Source of the DNA: Basidiobolus meristosporus CBS 931.73 | Lineage: Eukaryota; Fungi; Basidiobolomycota | DNA length: 64,000 bases | Direction: 5' to 3' | Assembly (NCBI GenBank): GCA_002104905.1 | Contig: MCFE01000184.1 | Span: 62,001-126,000 of the forward strand | Shown: positions 11,969 to 23,976 of the stretch, in pieces | How positions within the stretch are numbered: the stretch's first letter is position 1 | Layout: each line of letters starts with the position of its first letter | Made by a program: the position numbers and the translations under genes | Notes under the pieces: generated by a model | Told to the model about the DNA's origin: nothing | Databases searched by the model: none | What the model saw: the letters and a program-made list of their open reading frames with translations, nothing else

Positions 11969-12832
11969 TGTCAAGAATACAATTATTGAGCCACAATCCC
12001 CAACTTTGAAATAAGTTAATGTCACTTCAGAAGGTACTGGCTTTAACATCCTTTGATAGAGTATTGTACAAAAGCTTCCAATACTGTAACAACTGTAAAC
12101 TACACCAGCAGGGTAATAAAGTGAATGCAGCTTTGGCCAATAATCATACAAAGATAAAGTATCTTTGCCTTTAAACGACAAGACTAGGGAAAGATTCAGG
12201 GTGATACTTATTGCAGGTATTCCTTTACAAGTTCTTCTCAAGAACTTTGGGTAGAAGGCAGAGATCCACAGGTAAGTCAAGATCAGTCTGATAGTACTGT
12301 TATGAGTAGACACAAGGCAGGAGAGTAGAGCTAGGCAAGGCAGGACCAGGAGAGGACTTAGGTGTGGATCAACAAGGCAAGGTGTGTCTCCAAGGCAAGG
12401 CAGATTTCCAAGGCAAGGCTGTGTATTCAAGACCTGTGTTTATCAGACTGAGGAATACACAAGAGGAGATAGGACTATTTATACTTTTTGGCAATATGTA
12501 TGCTGAGTGATATTGGTTAATACCAATAGGGTTCTGAGGTGAGGCACAGTAAGTGTGCTAAGATAGAAATATACTAAAGAACAGGCTAGAATATCACATG
12601 GAAATATGTCAGGGGTCGGCTAGGTCATGTGACATGCAATTACCATATATGGTATTTGGCTACATAAGTTACAAATGGGAGCCTCCATAGAATGCTTCAT
12701 TGTGTAATGTTGACCTGGAGCTTTCCAGAAGTTGCTAGATTGTAGTGGAGCTTTCTAGAAGGAACTGGGATTTCTTCACCAACTTGATTTAGCTTGAACA
12801 TTGGAGACCAGGGATGTCATGTGATGATGACA
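11969..12832 (-). repeat. 5' LTR of the minus-strand gypsy element (~864 bp)
   Basis: TGTCA...TGACA inverted termini; lies ~90 bp upstream of the gag ATG (11877); right end abuts a copia RT fragment. Confidence 0.65.
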
Positions 12833-13212
12833 GCATGTACATGGACCAGCCAGATGAGTTTGCTGACTAAGATAATCCTCCTTTGGTCTGCCAGCTTAAT
12901 AGCCCCCTTTATAGTATTAAATAATTCCCAAGTGCCTGGAATTGCATGATTTATTCTTTTGTGCAATCTTTGAGTCACTATGTATATAGTATCTACTATG
13001 AGTGGATAGAGCAAATCCAGCTCTATTGGCTCTATATGTGGATGATACTATTTTAGCCATTAAAAGTCAAGAAATATCAGAAGTGACTATATCCAGCCCA
13101 TCTAAAGAGTTCAAGATGTATAATCTGGGAGAGCTCAGTTTCTACCTGGGGATAAACTTCTGCATAGCCACAAGTACCCAGAATATCACCCTAAGCCAGT
13201 CCAAGGATAAAC
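12833..13212 (+). mobile_element. Older copia RT remnant (target of the gypsy insertion)
   Basis: ATGGACCAGCCAGATG...CTTTGGTCTGCCAGCTTAA matches the copia RT at ~9200-9310; ORF 13002..13220 carries LALYVDD and LGELSFYLGI. Confidence 0.8.
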
Positions 13213-13560
13213 TGCTGTAAGTGTCTTGGAAATATTGAAAGTAATAGGGAGGACAAGTAGATTATGTGGCTTTCACTCAATGATTTATTGAATATAAAGT
13301 AGTATTGATACTTTTACATGGTTGTGGCACAACAAGCATATAGAATAGGCTTAGGAAGGTCCCAAAAACATGTGTGCAAAGTTTGGGTTGATTTGGACAA
13401 CTTCGAGAATTTTCATGTTCTTAGTACCTGATGTTTTGGTGAAAATATTCTATGTAAATCCCAGCAAGGAATTTGGTCAGTATTCTCTAGGATTTGAAGG
13501 TAATGATCTAAGTGACTAAGTTAGGTGAATATTTAGGCAGAATTACAAATTTTTAAAACA
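13213..13560 (-). repeat. Diverged copy of the copia LTR, minus orientation
   Basis: Reverse complement aligns end to end with 4990-5338; no matching TSD found. Confidence 0.85.
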
Positions 13561-13561
13561 T

Positions 13562-13877
13562 TTGTTGTCACAACCATGTAAAAGTGTAAGTACTACTTTT
13601 ACATTCAATAAATCATTAAGTGAAAACCACATAATCTACTTTCCCAGTCACTTCATATCAGGTACCTAGAACATGAGATTCTGATGAGTTGTTCAAGCAG
13701 CCCCACACCTTGCAAACATATTCTGTAGACCTTCCTAAGCATATTCTAGGTGCTTGTCTTGCCAAGATCATGTAAAAGTATAAATACCACTCTTGCATTC
13801 AATAAAGCATCAAGTGAAAGCCACATAATCTACTTGCTCTCCCAATCACTTCCAATATCTCCAATGCTCTTACAACA
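13562..13877 (+). repeat. Two tandem partial copies of the copia LTR 3' half, plus orientation
   Basis: 13562-~13655 (CCATGTAAAAG...CACATAATCTAC) and ~13656-13877 (CAGGTACC...CTCTTACAACA) match the copia LTR. Confidence 0.8.
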
Positions 13878-15601
13878 GAAGAAACTTATAACACTCTGCA
13901 ATATGTAGACTAGGTTCTTGGTGGTTAAGTTTGTATTACATCCTCTTATAACTACTCAACTTGCACTAGATTTGACTTGACAATATACTCAAGACTTGTT
14001 TTGTTGGATAGTGCCACATTTAGCAATGAGTGCCAAACAGTGCCATAGGGTGCCAGAAAGGCATAGCCAGCCAATACTTGGCCACAGACAGTGAGAGATA
14101 GCTCTACATCTTTAGGCAAAGTAGCCCTAGTGTTTCACCCACTGTGCTAGAGAAAATCCATGTTTTACCTTTTTTTTGGGATGCATGTATAAAAGGGAAA
14201 GAACCAGTTGGTGAAAGCTTAGAGGGTGATAGATTCCAAGATATCAGCCAAGTCATTTGGAATATTTAGAGCACACCTATTGCCCAGGAGCATCCAAATG
14301 GTGTAGTTACTGGCCAGAACTGTCTGATGATGGGTAAGTTTTTGGGAGTTTTAGAGATCAGGTATAACTCAAAGGATTTACCGGTAGTTTGCAAAGCTTC
14401 TTGGGCTGTTGGGAAATGTAGAAAACATTGCGTATTTTCTGATAACAATTCCCGTAACCGCCTGTGGAACAACAAAGAGTTATATGACAGGGCTGTAGAC
14501 AAAGAGCGACCGTTGCATTGAGCAGGTGTGATATCACCATCCACAGATGATTGACTGGACGAAACAGCTGGGACAGCTTGATGTCCGTACTCACAAACAG
14601 GTGAACAAGGTTGGACGAACTTCACTAGGGAGCAAATGAACTTGGTGGGATCAAGACACCTTTGGTTATATCATGCCGAGCTAAATATATGGAGGTGCAG
14701 TGGCAAGGAATGTACCAAAGCGACCATTTGATCATGCTTCCCAATGATCATTCATCGATAGCTAGAAACAGTTCGAGGGTATGCAGGCATATATGGGCAA
14801 TTCAAGATTCAGAGATGACTATGATAGCGTAAGAGCTCCAAGTGAGCCCAGGTACCCGTGTGGATTGATAGACACCCAGTCAGATGCTGGGCTGATTAGC
14901 GGATTTCAAACCAGTCCACCCGCTACGGAGCATGCTCAAGCTATTGGGGATTCTATGCTGTCCCGATATCTTCTGCATCGTCCACGGCCTCGGATTAGTA
15001 CGGCGGGTGCCACATGTGTGGTTGGGATGCCTTTGGTCGACCCATCATTCTGGGGCGATCCCACATGTCCGTCTCCAGCGATGATCCAGATCTAGACGAA
15101 GCAGATGGTGGGTTGATGGGCTGCAACCAATTTGGTAGACGTTGGGTTGCAGGAATGGGACTTGATCGAGGATCTGCCCAGTAGAAACCCACCAGTTCAC
15201 ACGCTTTCGAGTGATACAGAGCAGTGAAGGGTTTCCCCCACATGGCATGAACAACAAGCTTATCCCGCCTCTACACACGCGGGCACCATTGGTGTATCTC
15301 TCACACCCGCCGCTGATAAACAGTGAAACTCCCGGTACAAGCCACTGAGAATCGAAATCCCCATCGAGACCGGCCGGTTTATCAGGCGGCTGGTGATATC
15401 ATGATGATTCCCCTTCCCCAGCGGCACCTGTTGACGAGATACGAAATCCCCGGGCATCGATGGAACGGGCAACAACCTTCACACGCAACCGTCGTCGAGA
15501 TTAAGCTTAAACTGGGACTTTGCCAGCGAGATCTAAATATAGACGGCCAACGCCAGATATGGATCCAACGAATGGTGACGATGGATCGGATTCCTTCCTC
15601 G

Positions 15602-15632
15602 AGTGGACAGTGGACAGTGGACAGTGGACAGT
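15602..15632. repeat. Heptamer tandem repeat (AGTGGAC) x4.4
   Basis: agtggacagtggacagtggacagtggacagt read directly. Confidence 0.95.
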
Positions 15633-17002
15633 AGAATTCGATTCGCTATCTTCGCATCTCCCTCCCTGCGGCATCCAGACCGTATTCCATTGGCAGATCG
15701 GATGGAGCCTCTTATCCGAGTCCTCACCCGCTTCACCCCTTACCTCCCCTCCCCTCACCCCGACGCTCGCCAACTCATGCGAATCGAAGCACGGTGGGCC
15801 TGCACACATCGTCAAATCCAAATAGATTTGTTTCACCTCCTGTAGATTGCCAATGACACTCGCCGACACCGTGTGAGAGGGAGTTGATGAGGGATTTGAC
15901 GTGTCTCACCAACGTGTTTTCCGGACAACAAGGAAGGGTGTACCTGAACAGGAGCTACGGCCGGCCATTGGCTCCCGCCTCGTCCAGCGCCGAATCAGTC
16001 GCGACCGAAGCGGGGTTGGTCAAGAAGGTTGGCGAGCGAGATGAGACGTTTTAGCTTAAATTATGAAGCAGACCTCGAGCTCGAACGGCGGATCATTGGG
16101 TGGATGGGCGCGTCGAGTGTTTGCATAAGCAAGCTCGGGATCCTGGCGATGGGGACTTGTAACACAAGCCTGGTCGTTGGCCATGATTCCCAGATGGAGG
16201 TTGATTAGGTGACGGGAAGCGTCGACCCACGCTTACCCCACGCCAACATCGGCCAACGAGAGGGATTACGACACGGCGGGGGCGTGAGTCAGTGTTAAGC
16301 TTCAGATGGCTGCTACATCGCCATGAGCCCTCCACCCACTGTGGTGAGAAGGACACCCACTTATTTTTAGACGGTCTTACTCACTGCCCACGGAACAATG
16401 GCAAGTAGTCAAATATAAGCGCTGGTCTTGCCATTTGAATCCACTGGCTGGGCGAATCACGGGGAGCTGCATCAGCAATCAAGATTCACACTGGTATCAT
16501 CACCGCTTGGCGTATGTTGCCTGAACTAAACATGGACGAGAACAATGAATCCTGGACCCACCAATCCGAGTGAAGGGGGCGGCCCGAAAGGGAAACGGGG
16601 CAGGTGGGGCCAGCCACGCCCACCACCGCTTGGCTGGATCTGATCCCCCGAGGGGCTTTCCAACTCCGAATCCAGTCCAACTAGGATCACGACTCAATCG
16701 GGCGGTGGCCATGGACATCTCCCCAACCCTCGATCATCTCACTGAGGCTCAGAGGAGTGCAATGCTGCTCACCTGCGGGAGGTTTCAGTCGCACCGGATG
16801 GAGCCAACCAGTCCAGACCAGGGGTGACGCACATCTCGGACCGGCATATTGCCAGTTTCAGTGATGATCAAGGTAGAATTCCATTCGGATGGCGGGGGTA
16901 GGCGATCCACCAAATCCATTCGAATCTGCCCAGGGAGCAGGTGATCGCTCGGCAGGTGAACTCCACCAGCCATTCCGTGACCAGAAAGGCACCTACCCAG
17001 TG

Positions 17003-17073
17003 CTAAAAATAAGGCAGAGATCTGGGTTTGATTGATCAGTGTCTGTGAGGGGAGTCGTAGCCTAAAAATAAGG
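17003..17073 (+). promoter_or_regulatory. Two copies of CTAAAAATAAGG (MEF2/Rlm1-type YTAWWWWTAR core) upstream of the homeobox gene
   Basis: Exact 12-bp direct repeat at 17003-17014 and 17062-17073, 290-360 bp before the ATG; function inferred only. Confidence 0.3.
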
Positions 17074-17360
17074 ACAAATTATGGGTGCGAAACCAGCTGC
17101 GGGTGACGTCGAATTCATCATTTGGTACGCCGCGAAATCTTTATAAGGCCTGGATGGTACAAGGGGTGAACAGCCCATATTTGATCCTCAGCAAAGCCTT
17201 TGTCAGCGCCAACACCACCAGAAATCCTTGTCCTGTATCCCCTAGAGTTTTGTAGTGCCATATACCCACCACGCTCCTGAATAGCCAAGTGATACCCTCG
17301 CCCAACCGCACGCCCTTATACCCACCTTCTCTCTGTAATACCTCTCACAACATCTAGTCA

Positions 17361-18647
17361 ATGATCAAAACCGAAGACCAGTTGGTGGACGACTTCCTAG
17401 ACCCGGAGTCCCCCTCCGGTGAAGGCAAGGAAGTGAAAAGAAGAAATCGATTGAACCCCCGTCAGGTGACCCGGCTGATGGAGGTCTTTGAACAGACGGC
17501 CAAGCCAAAGGCCGATATACGGCACAAACTGGCGGAGGAGCTTGGCATGCACCCGCGCGCCGTGCAAATCTGGTTTCAGAATAGAAGACAAAAACTGAAA
17601 AAAGAGAGCCTAGAGGCCACAGCGGCCGAGTCCAAATATCCCCTGGACAAGGCCAAGCTCACGTTGTGCGATACCAACCCTGTATATACAACCCCACAAA
17701 CATCCTACCTGTCTGGTTACGGCCTTACTCTGAACAGCTTCCCCAGCATGGCCAAAGGTTCGATTGCTGATGCCGCCACATTTGGCCTACAAACCCCATC
17801 AAGCATCGCCATACTCTCAGGCCTCGGGCTGGGACCTAGTCAAGATTCCATTCTTTCCTCTTCCGCCGCGCTGTCCCTCTCACCAGGTAAGCAACTGAGT
17901 CCCCCTGATCTGTACGGCACGAGTGCCTAATGGTTTTTTCCTCCAGATTTCTCTGAAGCTGCCACCTCCCTAGATAACCAAATCAATAATTCCTCTCTGG
18001 CTTTGCTACAAGGATGTAATACGGTCTCCCTAGACCAAGACGACGCCTTTCCCAATCTCTTCGACGGGGGAAGCTTGGCCCTGGACGTCGCGAGCCATTC
18101 TCGCACTTCCTCTGCCACCTCCAGTAATACCAACTGTACTGATCCAACGATGGATTCGTCAATTAACGGTCATTCACCCTTTCTGTCCGCAGGGCTTGAT
18201 TCCCTTGGCCTGGATCTGTCTTCCCAGATCAGTATGCTGCAAAGGCAGCACTCGTACCCCCAAAACCTACCGATGAAGAGGAAGGCCTTCTCGTGGCATG
18301 ATCTATATCCACTGATGCCGCCTGGCCAGGAAAAAATGACCAATCCCTCACTAGCCGATCACCCCGCCAAATCCCAGAATCTAAAGCGGCAGACACCGGA
18401 GGTGATCTATGGTAATCAACACCCGATCATGTCCACCAGCCCCAACCGGAACCCCAGTCTCCCCGTCTACACCCGCTCCTTTAGTGATCCGTTTGTCGGT
18501 GAGATGCACCCGGATGGCAAACGGCGGAGGGTTGGCGAAAGCATCAGTGAAAACGAAGACATTCTCTCCGCATTTCTGCCGCTGGAACAGGAGCTTAACA
18601 AACCCAACTCCGCGGGGGGATTGAGCGACATGCTTGCCTATCTGTAA
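17361..18647 (+). CDS. Homeodomain transcription factor, ~408 aa, join(17361..17886,17947..18647)
   Basis: RRNRLNPRQVTRLMEVFEQTAKPKADIRHKLAEELGMHPRAVQIWFQNRRQKLKK homeodomain; a 60-nt GTAAGC..CTCCAG intron joins ORFs 17361 and 18003 in frame. Confidence 0.9.
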
Positions 18648-19141
18648 TGGATTTCATGTAGTTTATTTATGACGGATCTGGATTTTAATGTGGTTCCCCT
18701 CGTTTTCTTGTGAAAAAATTTTCAACCTGGCGTGTATATTTTACATATATATTTATAATTGTTCCCTTTCCGTAACTACCCGTAATAATGAAAAGAGGCT
18801 TTAGTTGTAGGCTCAAGTCGGTGCCCTGGTCGTGTTGTCGGAACAACAATCGTCGAGAGCGGAGATTGAGGACGCGTTGTCTTTCGGCCAGGGGATTCTT
18901 AGTCAATGTACAAATGAACTGTCAAATGTCATATTCAAACTGCAACTTGAATAACGATAAATAAAATGATTTGTGAACCAAAACTAAATACGGTGGCGAC
19001 ATTTAACGTTTTAATTTTGTCAATCTAATAGGTCTAATAGCCGGATGATGCGCTTGAGCTGTGGTACTTGATTTGGCTGATGCGCCCGGTCCGCTTCGAA
19101 AATGTCGGGATGTGTGTTCAGTAGTGGCGGTAGTTTCCAAT

Positions 19142-22100
19142 CTATTTGAGGAAAGGGTTAGAAATTCTGGCTTTTCTTGTTGCCGACCTACGGACAAACC
19201 TGGCTGCAGGGCGAAAGCTGGACTCGGTTGTTGCAGAGCCTCTCATCATATCCGCATATCTACGCGTAATCTCAATGAACTCCTGCCCGTAAGACTCGGC
19301 TTTCGTTTTCGTAACCCCTGGGAGATCCATTAGATCGTTTATCGCTGGAGAATATTCGTCAGTATTATGCTACACCAAACCAAGGTTCATTCAACACTTA
19401 CTCTCGGGTAACCTTTGCGACATCAATATCAGCACGCTATCCACGAAAATGGTTCGTGGTTGAACCTGCATTCGGGCACACATCTACGGAGCGAGACTTT
19501 GGATGAGCTGAATATCTTTTGAGATAGTATCTCAAGATTCCTTACCCCGTTGCGCTTCCCTCTCAGTTCTTCGTAGCATGCTTTCTGCATTGGATCGCTG
19601 TTGTTGCTACTCTCGGCAGGGCCGAAGTTCAACCGGGTTTGATCGTTGTCAACTTGAAGGGGCTCCTCAACTATCTGAGATTTACGGACAGTCTTTCGGA
19701 TGAGTTTTGACGAGCTGGTATTTGGGGTATCTTTCTGCTTCTACAATGGGGCTGAGTATGTGCACATATTTCGTGCAGAATGACCGCCAAACTTACCAGT
19801 TCTGTCGTTGAAAATTGCATCACAAATTTCTTTCTTCCATTCAATAGTTGGAACGAGTTCTTCCCACACTGCGAAGCACACTAAGTAAATCCATTCCCTT
19901 GTGTACATACGTATGTGTGCTGCTTACCTGTAAATAGGATGCAATGAAGCCCTGCACCGTCTGCTCACAGCGTTCACTGAGATATTCTTGGAGTACCAGC
20001 ATTCGGAACAACCTCTCTACATCGTTCCGGTTGAGGTGTTTTCCTGCGCCATACATGGCCAAATTATCTTGACCCGATCTAACGATTTTTTGGTGCTTCA
20101 TACCACGGAATATATCCACAGCCTGGATCAATGTTATATGTTGATTTTGCACTTCCTGCACTAGTTTGATGGCGCTGATCGCCTCCGACGTCATATCCCG
20201 GTCAACATAGGACTCGCGAGAAGTATTGACGCAGTTATCACAAGTTTGGTGGCACTCCTTTGGATCGAATCGCTCCCCGAAGTAGGCCAACACTTGTTGT
20301 CGACGGCAGTCAGTGCGGTTTTCGCAGAATTGCACGACCTGGAACAAGTTGTTTCGCTGCTGCTGCTTCAGCTGCTGGTTCCCGTCGCCTTGCTTGATAA
20401 GAAATTCGATGGTTGTCTTGTCCTTGTACGAGTAGAATAAGATACAGGCCGCGTGCTTTCCATCTCTGCCTGCACGCCCCGTTTCCTGGTAGTACCCCTC
20501 TAAGGACTGCGGCAGAGAGTAATGTATCACAAAACGAACGTCGGATTTATCAATTCCCATACCAAACGCGATGGTGGCGACGATCACCTGAAGCTTATTC
20601 TGTTGCCAATCGGACTGGATTCGGGATCTATCTTCCTTGTCCAGGCCTGCGTGATAATGCTCCGCTTTCACGTTGTATTCGGTTTTCAACATATATGCAA
20701 CATCCTCACAAGCTTTCTTGGAAGTACAGTAAATAATCCCCGTTTGCTTGGCGTAATTGGCGGTGATGTAGGCATATATGTCGTTGTTGACATTCTTGGT
20801 CTTTGGGCGTACCTCATAATAGAGATTTTTTCGATTGAAGCTTTGGGAGAACGACATGCAGTTCTGAATTCGCAGACTCCCAACAATATCGAGCTGGACT
20901 TTGGCGTTGGCGGTTGCGGTTAACGCGATGATAGGGACGCCTGGATAGCTTTGTTTTATGTGGCCCAGCGCTTTGTAATCAGGTCGAAAATCATGGCCCC
21001 ATTGGCTTAAACAATGCGCTTCGTCGATAACAAACCTTGCCAGGAGTTTACGTCGAAATAGCTTTTGTATAGCCTCTTGAACTTGGTTACTCTTGATCAT
21101 CATTTCAGGAGTGACGTAGAGGAGTTTTAGCCTTGGGTCATTTCTCTCAACCTCGCTAAAGATGAATCGTCGCTTTGCCGCATCGGTGTTTCCCGTCAGG
21201 CAGGCCGCAGGGATGCCGAGTCGTAACAGATGTTGCACTTGATCTTGCATTAAAGAGAGTAGAGGGGAAATCACAAAGGTTACACCTTTAGTCGTGCCCT
21301 TACTTACGATTGCAGGCAACTGGTAACACAAACTCTTTCCTCCACCAGTTGGCATCAACACGAAGGCGTCTTTACCGCCTAGAGTAGCATTGATGGCCTC
21401 CAGTTGATTTTGTCTGAACGATTTGAGCTTGAAAACCTGTTTTAATGCTTTGTCGACATCTTTGGACCAGGGGTACGAAGGAAGCTTCGGCTTGACTTCG
21501 ATTGACTGAGAGCTTGGTAGGTTTGATGTGGTTCTTGGCTGGGATGGGTCGTTAGGTGCTTGAAAGCTGTTGTGATGATTTGTGCTGGCTGGGGCAGGTT
21601 CGAGATTCGATATGCTCTGGTTGGCGGGGTTGCTGGAATGCGGTATCGGATCGAAACCTCGATTATCCGCCAAAAACATCTCGTCATGTAATTGTGAAGG
21701 ATCGGTTGGCTCGCCTGTATCAATATCCTCATAATTAGAGTTCTCCATTGGGAAGTTGTCCGAGAGATCGTATGTGTTCTCTATATGTTGTTCAGCCGCC
21801 ATTTTGGAGAATGGATTGCCATTGTGTAACGATTCTTCGAACGAAACATTTGACATCATGCTTGGAGTACGCGAGTTGGCAGATTGCTATGTGACCGGTT
21901 GTTAGTAAGACACTCGACATCGCCAAGTGCGAAAAAGTACACTCACATGGCTGGTTGAGCGCATTTCTTCAAGGATTTTTTCAACTGTCTTTATCTGATT
22001 CACCAACTGCGATCTAAGTCAACCAAAGATTAGCATTTGCGAACGTCTCAAGCACGGGATGCAAAATACCTTTCAGTCTTCAATCTTCTGCGTAAATTCA

Positions 22101-23449
22101 TATTGGCATCGGATTCAGCTTCATCGTCGAGGTCACATATTCGATCACTAATCTCGCACTTCTCCATTTTATACGTCCGCAGCAGTCCTTGTAGGTCTTG
22201 GGCTGACAACTATGTAGGCCGGGTATATTGTGAGTACCAGGTGAATTAATTTGAATTGAAAGCCGACGTTACATTTCTATAGCCAGAGTCGCATTCGCCC
22301 AAGCGTTCTGTGGATTTCATATGGTCGTCACAGTTTTTGGTATTCTGAAGCTGTGCTGGTTTGGGGGTTGTCACTATGTTTGAGGATTCGGTTGGAACCA
22401 GATCGTCCTACGAAGCCGTGAAGTGTAAAAAACTAGAGCGTTGATTCCCTAATCACCAATAAAGTACGTACCAAGTCGATTTCGATGACTGAGGCAGGGT
22501 TGTTGGCCGGCTGCTTTGTGCTCAGTGATTTTCTTGGCTTATTCTTTGGTGTCGTGCTCGGTGGTTGGTTGACAGATTGCTCCATAGGAATTGGTGTCTC
22601 TAGAGGGTTGCTTTTAGCACAGGGACACTAGCTCTTACGATGATATAGGGCTACCTTCAGCTGGTGCACTCACAGAGTGGTTTTCGCTGATTCTTCGCTT
22701 CTTCGTCTGCGCGAATAAATCCTCGGTGATTTCCGTCAAGTCCACATTTACTTCCGACAACGATGTGGTGCTTTTTTTCGAACTGCTAGGTCTCGTTGTT
22801 TTGGATGGACTCTTCAAATGCTGTTGTTGTCTGACCATCTGTGACGGAGTGAATGGAACTATCGGAAACCCGTTAAGCTCTGCTTGCACTCTACGGACAT
22901 CCAGAAGCAAGGGCTAGCTTACCGCTTTGGAAATCATCAAAATCTTCTACGGGAATATCCGATATGAGTGCCAATTCTTCATCTTTCAGGTCCCCGAACT
23001 CGAAATAATCCTCATCGTATTCGTTTTCGGTTCGCTGGCGCTCCAGATTTGTGTGGATACCAGGCGAGGAGGCATTGCTAGGGGCCTGCAATATCGTGAA
23101 CGAGAATGCCGAATGCAATATTCACTGTTATACCGGTGCTTAAAAGTGAATTCATCGTTTTTTTACATACCCGTGAGTCTATAGCTGAAGCGATGTATGT
23201 TGTATTTATAGGACTAATCGGTGGGGATATGAAAAATTCATTGCCAGAGTTGTTACTGGAAATCGTTCTAGGGCCAGAAATTTGATTGTATTCTAACCTT
23301 GAGCGCGTCTCAGTGTTGAAGGGCATAGGGGAGGAATTTGAGGCGGTCTTTGGTGGTGGAAGTGGTGATTTGCTGGGAGTATGGGAAGTAGAACCACGGC
23401 TTCTTAGCCACATTAGCTGCTCTTTTAGATTGTTACGCGGTGCAGCCAT
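19142..23449 (-). CDS. SGS1: RecQ-family DNA helicase Sgs1/BLM (multi-exon)
   Basis: MPTGGGKSLCYQLP, FVIDEAHCLSQWGHDFRPDY, ATIAFGMGIDK, YYQETGRAGRDG, RQC Cys cluster (CENRTDCRR…CHQTCDNC), C-terminal HRDC-like exons; N-terminal exon boundaries approximate. Confidence 0.95.
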
Positions 23450-23976
23450 TTCTTTTTCTTTCTACTCGTGGTTAGTCCAAGTCCAAAAAAGCTTGTCCGG
23501 GCGTGTTGGATCAAAGTCTGCGTCAAAGGTTACCGAACACAGAAAATTATTTATAACACGTCTGATATGGACGGGAAGTTAACAGGTGCGTATATGCTAT
23601 ATGTATCAGGGCAAAGTGTGTATCTAACAACCAACGGTCAAGTGGGAATAGTCCACCCTAGGAAGCTCTCTGAGGATATTGAGAGTGCGGAATTACAACT
23701 AGTGTGTTAGTCTATGCTTAGAACCTCAAAACAACCTCCAACTGTTAGAGTAAATAATCACTGGATTCAATTATTCTAGAAGACTGGTTTATGTTTACTT
23801 TTATAGCAACCACTCTTCAATGATGGCCAGTAATTCTTACATAATCCGCAATATACGGTGCTAAAATCTTTTCTCAATTTTTCTTGGAACTGCGCCAATT
23901 TCGATCAAGCTATGGTTGCAACGATTATTGCTGTAGCATATGGAGGCATAATCATTTGACTGTTTATATAGAACCG

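Larger units (their letters stand above)
1740..12832 (-). mobile_element. Defective Ty3/gypsy retrotransposon (PEG10/RTL1-like gag), interrupted by nested insertions; 3' end lost
   Basis: On the minus strand: 5' LTR, gag (11356..11877, 10949..11374 with CLYCGQPGHFAKSC knuckle), protease LIDSGASSCFID (10524..10949), RT split across the copia insertion (…LPLINTLLD|[18 protein letters not shown]…YLDD), RNase H (IETNASDFALGAVLSQ), integrase HHCC region (HCHDAIAAGHFG) and core (DRLTKMAHFIPC…IISDRG); many stops and frameshifts. Confidence 0.93.

Noticed and set aside
14280-14900. Possible decayed coding or transposase remnant at the CpG boundary
   Set aside because: All frames are interrupted and no family motif was recognised
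17361-18647. Homeobox gene beside a TE block and a helicase as a candidate mating-type locus
   Set aside because: Single HD gene with no divergent HD1 partner or HMG sex gene; the helicase is RecQ, not the RNA helicase that flanks Mucorales sex loci
23884-23976. TTG-initiated N-terminal extension of the PPR ORF in the track
   Set aside because: Eukaryotic context; the first ATG at 23977 gives a plausible mitochondrial presequence
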